Part shown: one piece after another, positions 30,800-40,516 of the stretch
Layout of the letters: each line of letters opens with the position of its first letter
Numbering within the stretch: the stretch's first letter is position 1
NCBI GenBank assembly: GCA_963704165.1
Contig: CAVPHD010000003.1
Coordinates: 288,001 to 352,000, forward strand
Source of the DNA: an uncultured delta proteobacterium
GTDB taxonomy: Bacteria; Myxococcota_A; UBA9160; SZUA-336
Direction: 5' to 3'
Length of the DNA stretch: 64,000 bases
Program-made: the position numbers and the translations under genes
The notes under the pieces: model-generated
Databases searched by the model: none
Told to the model about the DNA's origin: nothing
What the model saw: the letters and a program-made list of their open reading frames with translations, nothing else

Positions 30800-32196
30800 G
30801 CGAAGCCGGCTGGACGCGCCGGGAGCTGATGCGTGTCGCGCTCGCCGCGGGCGCGGGAAGCCTTCTGCCGGGACTGCGTGCCCGAGCGGACTCGGATCCA
30901 CGGCCGGCGGACTGGGTCCCGGGCGAGCCCCTGCCCTGGCGGAACTGGTCGGGCTACCTCGGCTGTCGACCCGCGCACCGGCTCGGTCCCGTCTCGGAGG
31001 CCGAGGTGGTCGAACGACTCGCGCAAGGGAGCGGCGCGATCCGACCCGCGGGCGCGGGACACTCGTTCAGCGCGCTCGTGCCGAGCGACTTCGCGCTGCT
31101 CTTCCTCGACGATCTCGTCGGCGAGATCTCCGTCGACGCCGCGAACCTGCAGGCCGAGATCCCCGCCGGCCGGCGCCTATCGATGCTCGGCCCCGAGCTC
31201 GGAGCGCTCGGGCAAGCGATGCCGAACCTGCCGGACATCGACTACCAGACGCTCGGCGGCGCGATCGCGACCTCGACGCACGGCACGGGCGCGCTGCTCG
31301 GCTCGCTCTCGTCCTGCGTCGTGGCGCTCTCCCTCGCCACGCCGAGCGGGGAGCTTCTGGAATGCGACGAGACGCGCAACGCGGAGGTCTTTCACGCCGC
31401 GCGCACGTCACTCGGCGCGCTCGGCGTCGTCACGCGCGTACGCCTGCAGAACCGCCCGGCGTTCAAGCTCGTCGAGAAGACGTCGTGGCGCGATCTCGGC
31501 GAGCTGCTGGAAAGTCTCGCGCGCGAGCGGGACGAGAACCGCTGCTTCGAGTTCTACGCCTTCCCGCACTCCGACGTCGCGCTCGCGATCACGACGAACG
31601 AGACCGACGCCGAGCCGTACAGCGTCGGCGAGGACGACCCGGACGGTTTGCAGCTCTTGCAGACGCTCTTCGCTGCGACGCGCTGGCTGCCGGGAATCGG
31701 CGGCCGGATCTACGACGGGCTGCTGCGGAACTCCGGCACCACCGAGCGCGCGGACTGGTCGCATCGCGTGCTCACGCATCCGCGCACGACGCGCTTCAAC
31801 GAGATGGAGTACACGGTGCCCGCCTCGGCCGGGCCGGAGTGCCTGCTCGAGATCCTCGACACGATCCGCGCGCGGGACCTTCCGATCTGCTTTCCGATCG
31901 AGTGCCGCTACGTGCGCGAGGACGACGTCTGGCTGAGCATGTTTCACCAGCAGCCGGGCTTCTCGATCTCGATCCACCAGTTCGCCGACCGGGACTTCCA
32001 CGCGTACTTCGACGCGGTCGAGCCGATCTTCTGGAAGCACGAGGGACGGCCGCACTGGGGGAAGCTGCACACGCTCGATGCGTCGCGACTCGCCGCGCTG
32101 TATCCGCGCTTTCGCGAGTTCCAGGCGTTGCGGCGCTCGCTCGACCCGCAGGGCCGGCTCGTGAATCCGCACATCGCCACTCTGTTCGGCGTCTAG
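30796..32196 (+). CDS. Tat-exported FAD-linked oxidase, aldonolactone-oxidase family (SphC-like)
   Basis: TRRELM Tat motif, WRNWSG, GAGHSF, TSTHGTG, FNEMEY, GRPHWGK; GTGA overlap with the cytochrome. Confidence 0.88.
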   Translation: MSEAGWTRRELMRVALAAGAGSLLPGLRARADSDPRPADWVPGEPLPWRNWSGYLGCRPAHRLGPVSEAEVVERLAQGSGAIRPAGAGHSFSALVPSDFALLFLDDLVGEISVDAANLQAEIPAGRRLSMLGPELGALGQAMPNLPDIDYQTLGGAIATSTHGTGALLGSLSSCVVALSLATPSGELLECDETRNAEVFHAARTSLGALGVVTRVRLQNRPAFKLVEKTSWRDLGELLESLARERDENRCFEFYAFPHSDVALAITTNETDAEPYSVGEDDPDGLQLLQTLFAATRWLPGIGGRIYDGLLRNSGTTERADWSHRVLTHPRTTRFNEMEYTVPASAGPECLLEILDTIRARDLPICFPIECRYVREDDVWLSMFHQQPGFSISIHQFADRDFHAYFDAVEPIFWKHEGRPHWGKLHTLDASRLAALYPRFREFQALRRSLDPQGRLVNPHIATLFGV

Positions 32197-32228
32197 CGTA
32201 ATCTCGCGCCGGCCCTCGGGAGGATCGA

Positions 32229-33155
32229 ATGCCTCGCTATTCCGGAATCGCGCTTCGCGTGCTCGTCGTGCTGCTCGCGCTCGGCTTCGTCGGCTATCGC
32301 TACCTGCTCGGACGGGCGACGGTTCCCGCCAAGAGCGGCTACTCCCTCGACCTCGCGGAAATCCGCAGGCTCGCGGCGTCGGTTCCCGGCGAGCGCGCCG
32401 TACGGGTGAACCACGAGGAGATCGCCGAGGCTCCGCTCCCGAGGGGCGCGGTCTTCGCGGGCGAGTCGCTTCGCGAGCCGCATCCGATGTCGCACGGCGC
32501 GTACCAGGTGGTGTTTCCCGACGGCCAGCTCGTGATCGACTCCGGCGTCGACGAGGCGGGACTGCGAAGCATGAACGCCGATGCGCCGTTCTCGAGCGAG
32601 GCCTTCGCTTCGGTCCAGCGCGCGCTCGCGAGCGCGCGCTCGATCGTGATCACCCACGAGCACTCGGACCATCTGACGGGGATCGCGCGCTTCGCGGAGC
32701 CGGAGAAGCTCGTCGGACGGCTCTCGCTCACGCGCGAGCAGCTCGAGAATTCCGAGGCGCTCGACGCGATCGAGTTTCCGGAACGGCTCCGATCCGCGCT
32801 CGCGCCGCTGGACTACGAGCGCTACTTCGCGCTGGCGCCCGGCGTCGTTCTGGTGAAGGCGCCGGGCCACACGCCCGGAACGCAGATGGTCTTCGTCGCG
32901 CTCGCGGACGGCGAGGAGTTCCTCTTTCTCGGCGACGTCGCCTGGCACATGAAACAGATCCGGGAGCTCTGGTATCGTCCTCGGCTCGTGACCGATTTCT
33001 TCCTCGGCGAGGACCGCGACGCGGTGCTCGCCCAGTTCCGGACTCTCCACGAGCTGCGCACGCGGGACCCGATCGAGCTCATCGCCTCGCACGACACCGA
33101 TCAGCGAAAGGCGTTGATCTCGTCGGGCACGCTCGGCTCCCACTTCGAATTCTGA
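32229..33155 (+). CDS. Metallo-beta-lactamase-fold hydrolase with N-terminal membrane anchor
   Basis: THEHSDH, APGHTPG, GDVAW, ASHD. Confidence 0.87.
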   Translation: MPRYSGIALRVLVVLLALGFVGYRYLLGRATVPAKSGYSLDLAEIRRLAASVPGERAVRVNHEEIAEAPLPRGAVFAGESLREPHPMSHGAYQVVFPDGQLVIDSGVDEAGLRSMNADAPFSSEAFASVQRALASARSIVITHEHSDHLTGIARFAEPEKLVGRLSLTREQLENSEALDAIEFPERLRSALAPLDYERYFALAPGVVLVKAPGHTPGTQMVFVALADGEEFLFLGDVAWHMKQIRELWYRPRLVTDFFLGEDRDAVLAQFRTLHELRTRDPIELIASHDTDQRKALISSGTLGSHFEF

Positions 33156-33165
33156 GGCGCCATCC

Positions 33166-33600
33166 ATGTCTGCTGCGACCCCGAAGCGCGAGCCGCGAAG
33201 GCCCCGCCCCGTCCCGACCCCCGAAACGCAATTCCACTGGGATGGCGCGCGCGCCGGTGAGCTGCTCCTGCAGCGCTGCCGCCCGTGCGCCCGTGCGTAC
33301 TTCCCGCCTCGCCCGTTCTGTCCGCGCTGCGCGAGCCGCGACGTCGAAGTTTTTCGCGCGAGCGGACGCGCGACGCTGTACAGCTACGTCATCCACCACC
33401 GGCCGATGCCGGGATTCACGCCGCCGTACGCGATCGCGGTCGTCGAGCTCGAGGAAGGGCCACGCATGATGACGAGCCTGGTCGGGGTTCCGCAGACCCC
33501 CGAGGCGCTCGTGCTCGACATGGCGCTCGAGGTCTCCTTCGAGAAGCTCGACGACGAGATCTCGCTTCCGGTCTTCGCGCCCGCGGGGCAGGTCTCGTGA
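33166..33600 (+). CDS. DUF35 Zn-ribbon/OB-fold protein
   Basis: CRPC..FPPRPFCPRC, ELEEGPRM. Confidence 0.9.
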   Translation: MSAATPKREPRRPRPVPTPETQFHWDGARAGELLLQRCRPCARAYFPPRPFCPRCASRDVEVFRASGRATLYSYVIHHRPMPGFTPPYAIAVVELEEGPRMMTSLVGVPQTPEALVLDMALEVSFEKLDDEISLPVFAPAGQVS

Positions 33601-34740
33601 AGCGCCGGACGGCCGCGATCGTCGGCGCAGCGGAGACGACCGAGCTCGGTCTGATCCCGGACCTCTCGCAGCTCCAGCTCCACGCCGACGCCGCGCTGAA
33701 TGCGCTCGCGGATTGCGGGCTCCGCCCGAGCGACGTCGACGGCGTCGCCACCGCCGGAGAGTCGCCGACCTCGGTCGCGCATCTGCTCGGAATCACGCCG
33801 ACCTGGGTCGATGGCACGGCCGTGGGCGGCTGCTCGTTCATGCTGCACGTGCGGCACGCGGCGGCCGCGATCGCTTCGGGACTCTGCAAGACCGTGCTGA
33901 TCACGCACGGGCAGAGCGGCCGTTCGCGCGTCGGCGCCGGCGGCTTCGGCTTCTCGGCTTCGAGCTGGCAGGGCCAGTTCGAAGCTCCGTACGGCGTCGC
34001 CGGTCCCCCGACGCTCTTCACGATTCCGTTTCTGCGGTACATGAAGGACTTCGGGGTCAGCCACGAGCAGCTCGCGATGGTCGCCGTCGTGCAGCGCGAG
34101 TGGGCCGCGCGAAATCCCCGAGCGATGCACCGCGATCCGATCACCGTCGGGGACGTACTCGAGTCGCGGCTGATCGCCTGGCCCGTTCCACCTGCTCGAG
34201 TGCTGCCTCGTCACCGACGGCGGCGGAGCGCTCGTGCTGGTCTCGGCCGAGCGCGCGCGCGACTTCCCGCGCCCGCCCGTCTACGTACTCGGCACCGGCG
34301 AGAGCGTCGAGACACCGATGGTCAGCCAGATGGAGGACTTCACCACCTCGCGCGCGTTCCGAGTCTCGGGCCGGATGGCCTTCGCCGAGGCGGGGATCGG
34401 CCCGAGTGACGTCGATCACCTGATGATCTACGACGCGTTTGCCCACCTGCCGATCTACGGACTCGAGGACCTCGGCTTCGTGCCGCGCGGCGAGGCGGCC
34501 CGGTACATCTGGGACCGCAACACGGCGCCGGGCGGCGCGCTTCCGCTGAACACGAACGGTGGCGGGCTCTCCTACACGCACACCGGCATGTACGGGATGT
34601 TCGCGCTCCAGGAGTCCGTGCGTCAGCTTCGAGGCACGGCTCCCGCGCAGGTCGAGGACGTACGCATTTCGGTGGCACACGGCGTGGGCGGAATGTTCGC
34701 CGCGGCGGGCACGGTGATCCTGACGAACGAGGCCGATTGA
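33597..34740 (+). CDS. Thiolase-like (SCP-x type) protein; +1 indel at ~34183
   Basis: DVDGV, GGCS, NPRA; removing one C from GGCCCG restores WPFHLLECCLVTDGGGA; YDAF, NTNGGGLSYTH. Confidence 0.88.
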
Positions 34741-34904
34741 CACGCAGCGCTACTCTCGCCAGCCTTCGGTGTGAGCTTGGACACGGTTTGCAGAGCCTCC
34801 GCGCCGAATACCTCGTTCGTGAGAGAGGAGGGTTGGATCGTGACGGCCCCATCGCGCCGAACGCGTAGGTCCGCGCGGACGCGCGCGAGCCGCGAAGCGA
34901 GTCG

Positions 34905-36623
34905 ATGAGCGGCAAGCGCATCGACCGCTATAGCGTCGCGAGCACGCCCGCGGGCTCCGAGCTTCAGTGTGACGAGACGCCGGGGATCGCCGTGCGCATC
35001 GACGCGGGATTCGCCTTCAGCGAGTCCGATGCGCGCAAGCTCGGCCCACGCGTGATCCTGCTCGACGGAGCCGGACGCTTCGCGCCGCTGATCGACGGCG
35101 ACGCGAAGCTCTACAACCTGGATCACCACCAGGGCTGCGTGCGCGCCTTCACCCTCGCCACGTGCGAACAGGCGCTCGTTCTCGTCGCGAAGGGACTCGA
35201 TCTCGATCGCGGCGGCTGGACGCTGTACGCGAACGAGCCCGATCTCGACGTCGCCCTCGCGATCTGGGTGTTGTTGAACCACCGCCGCGTGATGCAGCTG
35301 AGCGATGCCGAGCAGCGCGTCATCCTGCCGCTGATCCGGCTCGAAGGCGCGATCGATGCGGGCGGGACGGAGAGCTCGGCCTACTGTGGCCTGCCCGAGC
35401 CGACGCTCAGCGAAGCGCGAAGCCGCCTCGACCACCTGTTTCAGCGCGATCAAGCGCTACGGGCGCTGCCGAGCCTGGACGCGAGCGCGCGCACGGCGGC
35501 TCTCCTTCGCGAGATCGACGCGCTCGTCTTCGTCGAGACGGAGTTCGCGTCCTCTCGTCCACTGGAAGAGGTCTACGGAAATACCGACCTCGACGACGAT
35601 CGCGTCGCGGTGGCGTGCCGCGATTCCTCGGGGATCTACGACGTCGAGCAACGCCTACGTGAGCGTTGGGGCGCGCGGCTCGGGCTGATCGTCCTGCAGC
35701 GGGAACCGGGGAAATACACGCTGCGCGCCACGGGTGCGCTGCACGGCGTCTCGCTCGAGCCGCTCTTCTCCTACCTGAACACGGTCGATCCCGCGGTCGA
35801 TGGCCGCCCCGCGTCGCAGTGCTGGGGCGGAAGCAACGAGATCGGTGGCTCCCCACGGGACCGGCGTTCGGAGCTGACACCGGATGGTGTTCTTCGCGCT
35901 TCACGTTGGGTGCAACGCCGACCGCTGCGCCGCTCGCGCGCGGTGTTTCGCGCGCTCTGGACCAGCGCGGCTCTCGCCCTCGCCGTGATCGGTGTCGGCT
36001 CGGCGCTCCAGACGATTCCCGGCTACGCGCCGACGCGGGCGCTCGAGGACACCTTCCGGCTCACGCTTCTCGGTGTCGGCGCCCTGGCCGCCGCCGCGGT
36101 TCTCGTTCGACGTCAGGCGCGGGAGTCCCTGTGGATTCCCGGCTTTCGAGCCCCGGCGGGCCGCCTCTGGCTCCTGCTCACGCCGCTCTCGTTCGTCCTC
36201 TGCGCGATCGGGGGCGCGTTGGCCCCGGCGGCTCTGACTCGGGATCCGGTCTCGCTCTCGTCGGCGATCGCGGCGGCCGTGCTCGCCGCGTTCGGCGTCG
36301 AGGTCTGGTTCCGCAGCTGGGTCTACGGACTGCTGCGGCTCGCGGGACCGCCTCGCGCGGGCGAACAGCTGCCACTCTTCTCGGTCGCCACGCTCGTATC
36401 GGGAGCGCTCTACGCCGTCGCCGCGCTCGGCGTCGGTGAACCCGCGCTCGAGCTCCTCGCTCTCGGCCCGCTCCAGGGCCTCGCGCCACTCGCCCAGCGG
36501 GCCGCCGCGGCGCTGCTCGCCGGGATCACGCTCGGAGTTCTGCGCGAGCGGTCACTCTCGCTCTGGCCCGGGATCGCGGTGCAGATCACCGCGAGCCTCC
36601 TCTTCCTTCTGCTGGCCGGCTGA
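34905..36623 (+). CDS. Hypothetical protein: soluble DHH-motif N-domain fused to a degenerate CPBP (CAAX-protease-like) membrane domain
   Basis: LYNLDHH and NEPDLD; multi-TM C-terminus with VEVWFRSW and ERSLSLWPGIAVQ. Confidence 0.65.
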   Translation: MSGKRIDRYSVASTPAGSELQCDETPGIAVRIDAGFAFSESDARKLGPRVILLDGAGRFAPLIDGDAKLYNLDHHQGCVRAFTLATCEQALVLVAKGLDLDRGGWTLYANEPDLDVALAIWVLLNHRRVMQLSDAEQRVILPLIRLEGAIDAGGTESSAYCGLPEPTLSEARSRLDHLFQRDQALRALPSLDASARTAALLREIDALVFVETEFASSRPLEEVYGNTDLDDDRVAVACRDSSGIYDVEQRLRERWGARLGLIVLQREPGKYTLRATGALHGVSLEPLFSYLNTVDPAVDGRPASQCWGGSNEIGGSPRDRRSELTPDGVLRASRWVQRRPLRRSRAVFRALWTSAALALAVIGVGSALQTIPGYAPTRALEDTFRLTLLGVGALAAAAVLVRRQARESLWIPGFRAPAGRLWLLLTPLSFVLCAIGGALAPAALTRDPVSLSSAIAAAVLAAFGVEVWFRSWVYGLLRLAGPPRAGEQLPLFSVATLVSGALYAVAALGVGEPALELLALGPLQGLAPLAQRAAAALLAGITLGVLRERSLSLWPGIAVQITASLLFLLLAG

Positions 36624-36806
36624 CGTCGCGGTCGGAACGCGGCGCAGTCCTGCGAGATGGCGCGCCCGCTGCTGCTCACTCTTCGCGAGCGAAGCGCGCT
36701 CGGCCTTGGTCTGCCCCTCGCGCGCACGGGTCGCATCTGCCGCGCGCGCCCGTGCCTCGCGGTCCTTCCGCTTCCGCGCACGGCTCAGGTTCGTCGGCTT
36801 GCTCAT
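36552..36806 (-). CDS. DUF4169-like small basic protein
   Basis: MSKPTNLSRARKRKDR...RAREGQTKAER. Confidence 0.65.
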   Translation of the reverse strand: MSKPTNLSRARKRKDREARARAADATRAREGQTKAERASLAKSEQQRARHLAGLRRVPTATSAGQQKEEEARGDLHRDPGPERE

Positions 36807-36828
36807 CCGCGGAACCGGTGCGCGAGCG

Positions 36829-37971
36829 TCAGAACCCCGAGAGCGAAGCGAACCGCGCGCGGTGGAACGCCGCGTCGCCGAGCGTCAGCTCCGTGACGCG
36901 CGCGCGCTTGAGGAAGAGGCCGATCTCCTCCTCGTCGGTGACGCCGATCCCGCCGAACATCTGCACCGCCTCGTTCCCGATCAGGTGGATGGCTTCCGAG
37001 ACGCGCGCCTTGGCGACGGACGCGACGAGCGACAGGTCGGCGCGGTTCTCGTCGATCGCGCGCAGCGCGTCGAGCACGATCGAGCGCGAAAGCTCGATCT
37101 CGACGAACATGTTCGCCGCTCGGTGCTTGAGCGCCTGGAACGAGCCGATCGGCACGCCGAACTGCTTGCGCTCCTTCAGGTACGCGATCGTCCGCTCGAA
37201 GGCTTCGGTGAGCGTGCCGAGCATCTCGGCCGCGAGGCCGATCGCGGCGCGATCGAGGACCGGATCGAGCAGATCGGCGCCGCGCCCCGCGCCGCCGAGC
37301 AATGCGGAACGCTCGACCTCGACGGCGTCGAGCGTCACGTTCGCGGCGTTGCGGCCGTCGACCATGGTCGTGCGAACGATCTCGAGTCCCGCGCGCCGGC
37401 TTCGGCACGAGAAAGAGCGAGAGCCCGTCGCGCTCACCCGTCCGGCCCGCCGTCCGGGCGACCACGACGAGCTGGTCCGCGACGTGTCCGTCGAGGACGA
37501 GCGTCTTCGAACCCGTGAGCCGATAGCCGCTCGACGTCGAGTCGGCGCGCGTCGCGATCGTGTACGGGGAGTGATGCGCGCCCTTCTTGAAGTGCGAGCG
37601 CGAGAATCCGCTCGCCCTTGGCGACGGCCGGAAGGATCTCCTTGCGCTGCGTCTCGTTTCCGCCGAGCAGAACCGCGTTCCCGCCCAGGAGCGACGTCGA
37701 GACGAGCGGCGTCGCGGTGAGCGTCCGGCCGCACTCCTCGAGCACGATGCCGAGCTCGGCGTAGCCGAGTCCCGCACCTCCGAACTCCTCGGGCAGGACG
37801 ATTCCCGCCCAGCCGAGCTCCGCCATCTCCGCCCAGAGCGAACGCGAGAAGCCGACCGGATCCCGCTCGTCGCGCAGCTCGACGCAGCTCCTTGACGGGC
37901 GAGTTCTCGGCGATGAACTCGCGCGCGGTGCTCCGCAGCAGATCCTGCTCTTCCGAAAGTGCCAATGACAT
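36829..37971 (-). CDS. Acyl-CoA dehydrogenase (second subunit of a tandem pair), several indels
   Basis: MSLALSEEQDLL, MAELGWAG..PEEFGG, ERKQFGVPIGSFQALKH, QMFGGIG in different frames. Confidence 0.87.
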   Translation of the reverse strand: MSLALSEEQDLLRSTAREFIAENSPVKELRRAARRAGSGRLLAFALGGDGGARLGGNRPARGVRRCGTRLRRARHRARGVRPDAHRDAARLDVAPGRERGSARRKRDAAQGDPSGRRQGRADSRARTSRRARITPRTRSRRAPTRRRAAIGSRVRRRSSSTDTSRTSSSWSPGRRAGRVSATGSRSFSCRSRRAGLEIVRTTMVDGRNAANVTLDAVEVERSALLGGAGRGADLLDPVLDRAAIGLAAEMLGTLTEAFERTIAYLKERKQFGVPIGSFQALKHRAANMFVEIELSRSIVLDALRAIDENRADLSLVASVAKARVSEAIHLIGNEAVQMFGGIGVTDEEEIGLFLKRARVTELTLGDAAFHRARFASLSGF

Positions 37972-37994
37972 CGTGATTCCCTCTTCGACCGATC

Positions 37995-39213
37995 TCAGTC
38001 CGGGAGACCGAGAACGCGCTTCGCGATGATGTTGAGCTGCACTTCGGACGTGCCGCCTTCGATCGAGTTGCCCTTGGAGCGCAGCCACTCGCGTGTCGTG
38101 CCGAGCTCGCGCGGAATTGAAACCCTCGCCCTCCCAGCCGAGCGCCTGCGAGCCGAGCGATCTTCACGAGCAGCTCGAACTGCGCTTGTTCAGCTCGGTG
38201 CCGTAGAGCTTGAACATCGACGACGCCGGACCCGGTCCCTGACCCGCCTTCGCCTCGTCGGACGAGCGGCGCAGCGTGGTGACGAAGCAGCGCGTGTCCA
38301 TCATGTGCTGCACGACCTGATCGCGAATCACCGGATCGGCGACGCGGCCGTCCGTCGACGCCGCAGTACTCGCTTCGCGAGCTGCTCGAGCGACCCGCCC
38401 GCCGCCGCCCGAGCCGGTGCCCAGACCCATCCCGGCGATCATCTCGCGCTCGTGCTGCAGCAGCGCGCTTCGCGATCGTCCAGCCGCCGTCGACCTTGCC
38501 GACCAGGTTCTTCTTCGGGACCTTCACGTCCTCGAAGAACGTCTGGCAGAACGGCGACGAGCCGCTGATCAGCTTGATCGGCGAGACCGACACGCCCGGC
38601 GACTCCATGTCGAACAGCAGGAAGCTGATGCCGTCGTGCTTGGCCGCGGTCGGGTTCGGTGCGCACCAGACAGAAGATCCAGTCGGCGTAGTCCGCGTAC
38701 GAGGTCCAGATCTTCTGGCCGTTCACGAGGTAGTGGTCGCCCTTGTCCTCGGCGCGCGTCTGCAGACCGGCCAGGTCGGAGCCGGCGCCGGGCTCGGAGT
38801 AGCCCTGACACCAGCGGATCTCGCCGCGCACGATCTTCGGCAGGTGTTCGCGCTTCTGCTCCTCGTTTCCGTACTCGAGCAGCACCGGCCCGAGCATGGT
38901 GAGACCGAAGCTGTTGAGCGGCGGGCGGCAGTGGAGCCGGCGCATCTCCTCGGCGAGCACGCGCGCCTGCGCGCTCGACAGACCGCCGCCGCCGTACTCC
39001 TTCGGCCAGGTCGGCGCCGTGTAGCCCGCGCGCGGCCATGCGCTCGAGCCAGAGCTTCTCTTCGGGATTCTCGTAGACCTTGTTCCGGCCTCCCCAGTTG
39101 AGATCCTCGTCCGGACCGAGCGGCTTGCGCATCGACGGCGGGCAGTTCTCTTCGAGCCACTTGCCGGTCTCGGCGCGAAAGGCTTCGAGATTCTCCAAGG
39201 CGAGATCCTCCAA
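37995..39213 (-). CDS. Acyl-CoA dehydrogenase (first subunit of a tandem pair), several indels
   Basis: WCQGYSEPGAGSDLA, NGQKIWTS, FCQTFFEDV; ends RVLGLPD*; start uncertain (TTG). Confidence 0.87.
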
Positions 39214-39326
39214 CGGGGCCGCGCGCCGGGCTGGCGGGGCGGCCGTATCCTAAGCGCCCGACGCCGTGGATCGCAACCGCACGGGAGCCTTGCCGCGCGG
39301 GTCTCGTTCCGCTCTCCTAGGCGCTG

Positions 39327-39854
39327 ATGCGATCGCTGCGACGACTGCTCGGAATGGGCGAGGACATTCTCGGAGAGGCGCGTGACACCGCGACGGTTCG
39401 CCGCATCGCGGCCGAGCTCGACGCGTTGCCCGTCGACGAGGCACGCTATCTCGCGGCCTTCGCGTACGTGCTCACGCGGGTCGCGCGCGCCGACCTCGAG
39501 ATCTCGCCCGAGGAGACCGAGCAGATGATCCGCCTCGTGCGGGAGTTCTCGGCGCTCGGCGAATCGCAGTCGCTCCTCGTCGTGCAGATGGCGAAGACCC
39601 AGGCGATCGCGCTCGGCGGCACCGAGAACTACCTGGTCACGCGTCAGTTCAAGGAGCTCTCGAATCGCACGCAGCGCATCGATCTGCTCCGCTGCATGTT
39701 CGCCGTCGCCGCCGCCGACGAGAGCATCTCCAGCGTCGAGAACGCCGAGATCACCGCGATCGCGATCGAGCTCGACTTCACCGACGCGGAAATCGCCTCG
39801 ATCCGCGCGGCGTACCGGGACCAGCTCGCGGTGCTGAAGGGTCGTCGGATTTGA
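39327..39854 (+). CDS. TerB-family protein
   Basis: RVARADLEISPEE, FAVAAADESISSVE. Confidence 0.8.
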   Translation: MRSLRRLLGMGEDILGEARDTATVRRIAAELDALPVDEARYLAAFAYVLTRVARADLEISPEETEQMIRLVREFSALGESQSLLVVQMAKTQAIALGGTENYLVTRQFKELSNRTQRIDLLRCMFAVAAADESISSVENAEITAIAIELDFTDAEIASIRAAYRDQLAVLKGRRI

Positions 39855-40510
39855 GCGAAGAGATCGACGTCGACCGGATCGGCGAGGACGTGCCGCTCCT
39901 CGAGGGGATCCGGACCACGCGCGCGATCCGGCGCCTGCGCCCCGATCCGGTTCCTCGCGCGCTGATCCGCAAAGTCTGCGAAGCGGGTACGTTCGCGCCG
40001 AGCGGCGGCAACCGGCAGCCGTGGGTCTTCATCGCGGTGACGCAGGCCGAGCGGCGCGCGTGGGTCGCGGAGCGCTACCGCAAAGCGTTTCAGCGCTACA
40101 TCGCTCCGGCTCTCGAAGCCGCGAAGCGGCCGGACTTCCCCGAAGCGGGAGCTCGAAACATGCGCGCCGCGCTCTGGCTCGCCGACCATCTGCACGAGGC
40201 CCCCGTACACTTGTTCGTGGCGGGCTGGACCCGGCGCGACGCGGCGCAGGGGCAGGCGCTCTTTCCGTGCATTCAGAACGTGCTGCTCGCGTGCCGGGCT
40301 TTGGGCCTCGGCGCCTCCCTGACCACGATGCACCGCAGCTTCGGAGCCGAGTGCGACCGCTGGCTCGAGCTGCCCGAGGACTGCCCGACGATCGCGCTCC
40401 TGCCGATCGGCTGGCCCGTCGGAAAACACGGCCGCCCCCCGCGCCGCCCGGTGGACGAGGCTCTGCACTGGGAGCGCTTCTCCGGCGCTCGGGAATCCGA
40501 AGCCGGCTGA
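39851..40510 (+). CDS. Nitroreductase family protein
   Basis: TRAIRR, APSGGNRQPW, QNVLLACRALGLG, PIGWP. Confidence 0.92.
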   Translation: MSEEIDVDRIGEDVPLLEGIRTTRAIRRLRPDPVPRALIRKVCEAGTFAPSGGNRQPWVFIAVTQAERRAWVAERYRKAFQRYIAPALEAAKRPDFPEAGARNMRAALWLADHLHEAPVHLFVAGWTRRDAAQGQALFPCIQNVLLACRALGLGASLTTMHRSFGAECDRWLELPEDCPTIALLPIGWPVGKHGRPPRRPVDEALHWERFSGARESEAG

Positions 40511-40516
40511 GATCTC

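Noticed and set aside
36552..36623. 72-bp convergent overlap of the DUF4169-like and CPBP-fusion genes
   Set aside because: Easily explained by stop loss or an indel in a GC-rich, error-prone region.
39327..39854. TerB as part of a ter or anti-phage island
   Set aside because: Stand-alone, coupled to a nitroreductase; no other ter or defence genes.
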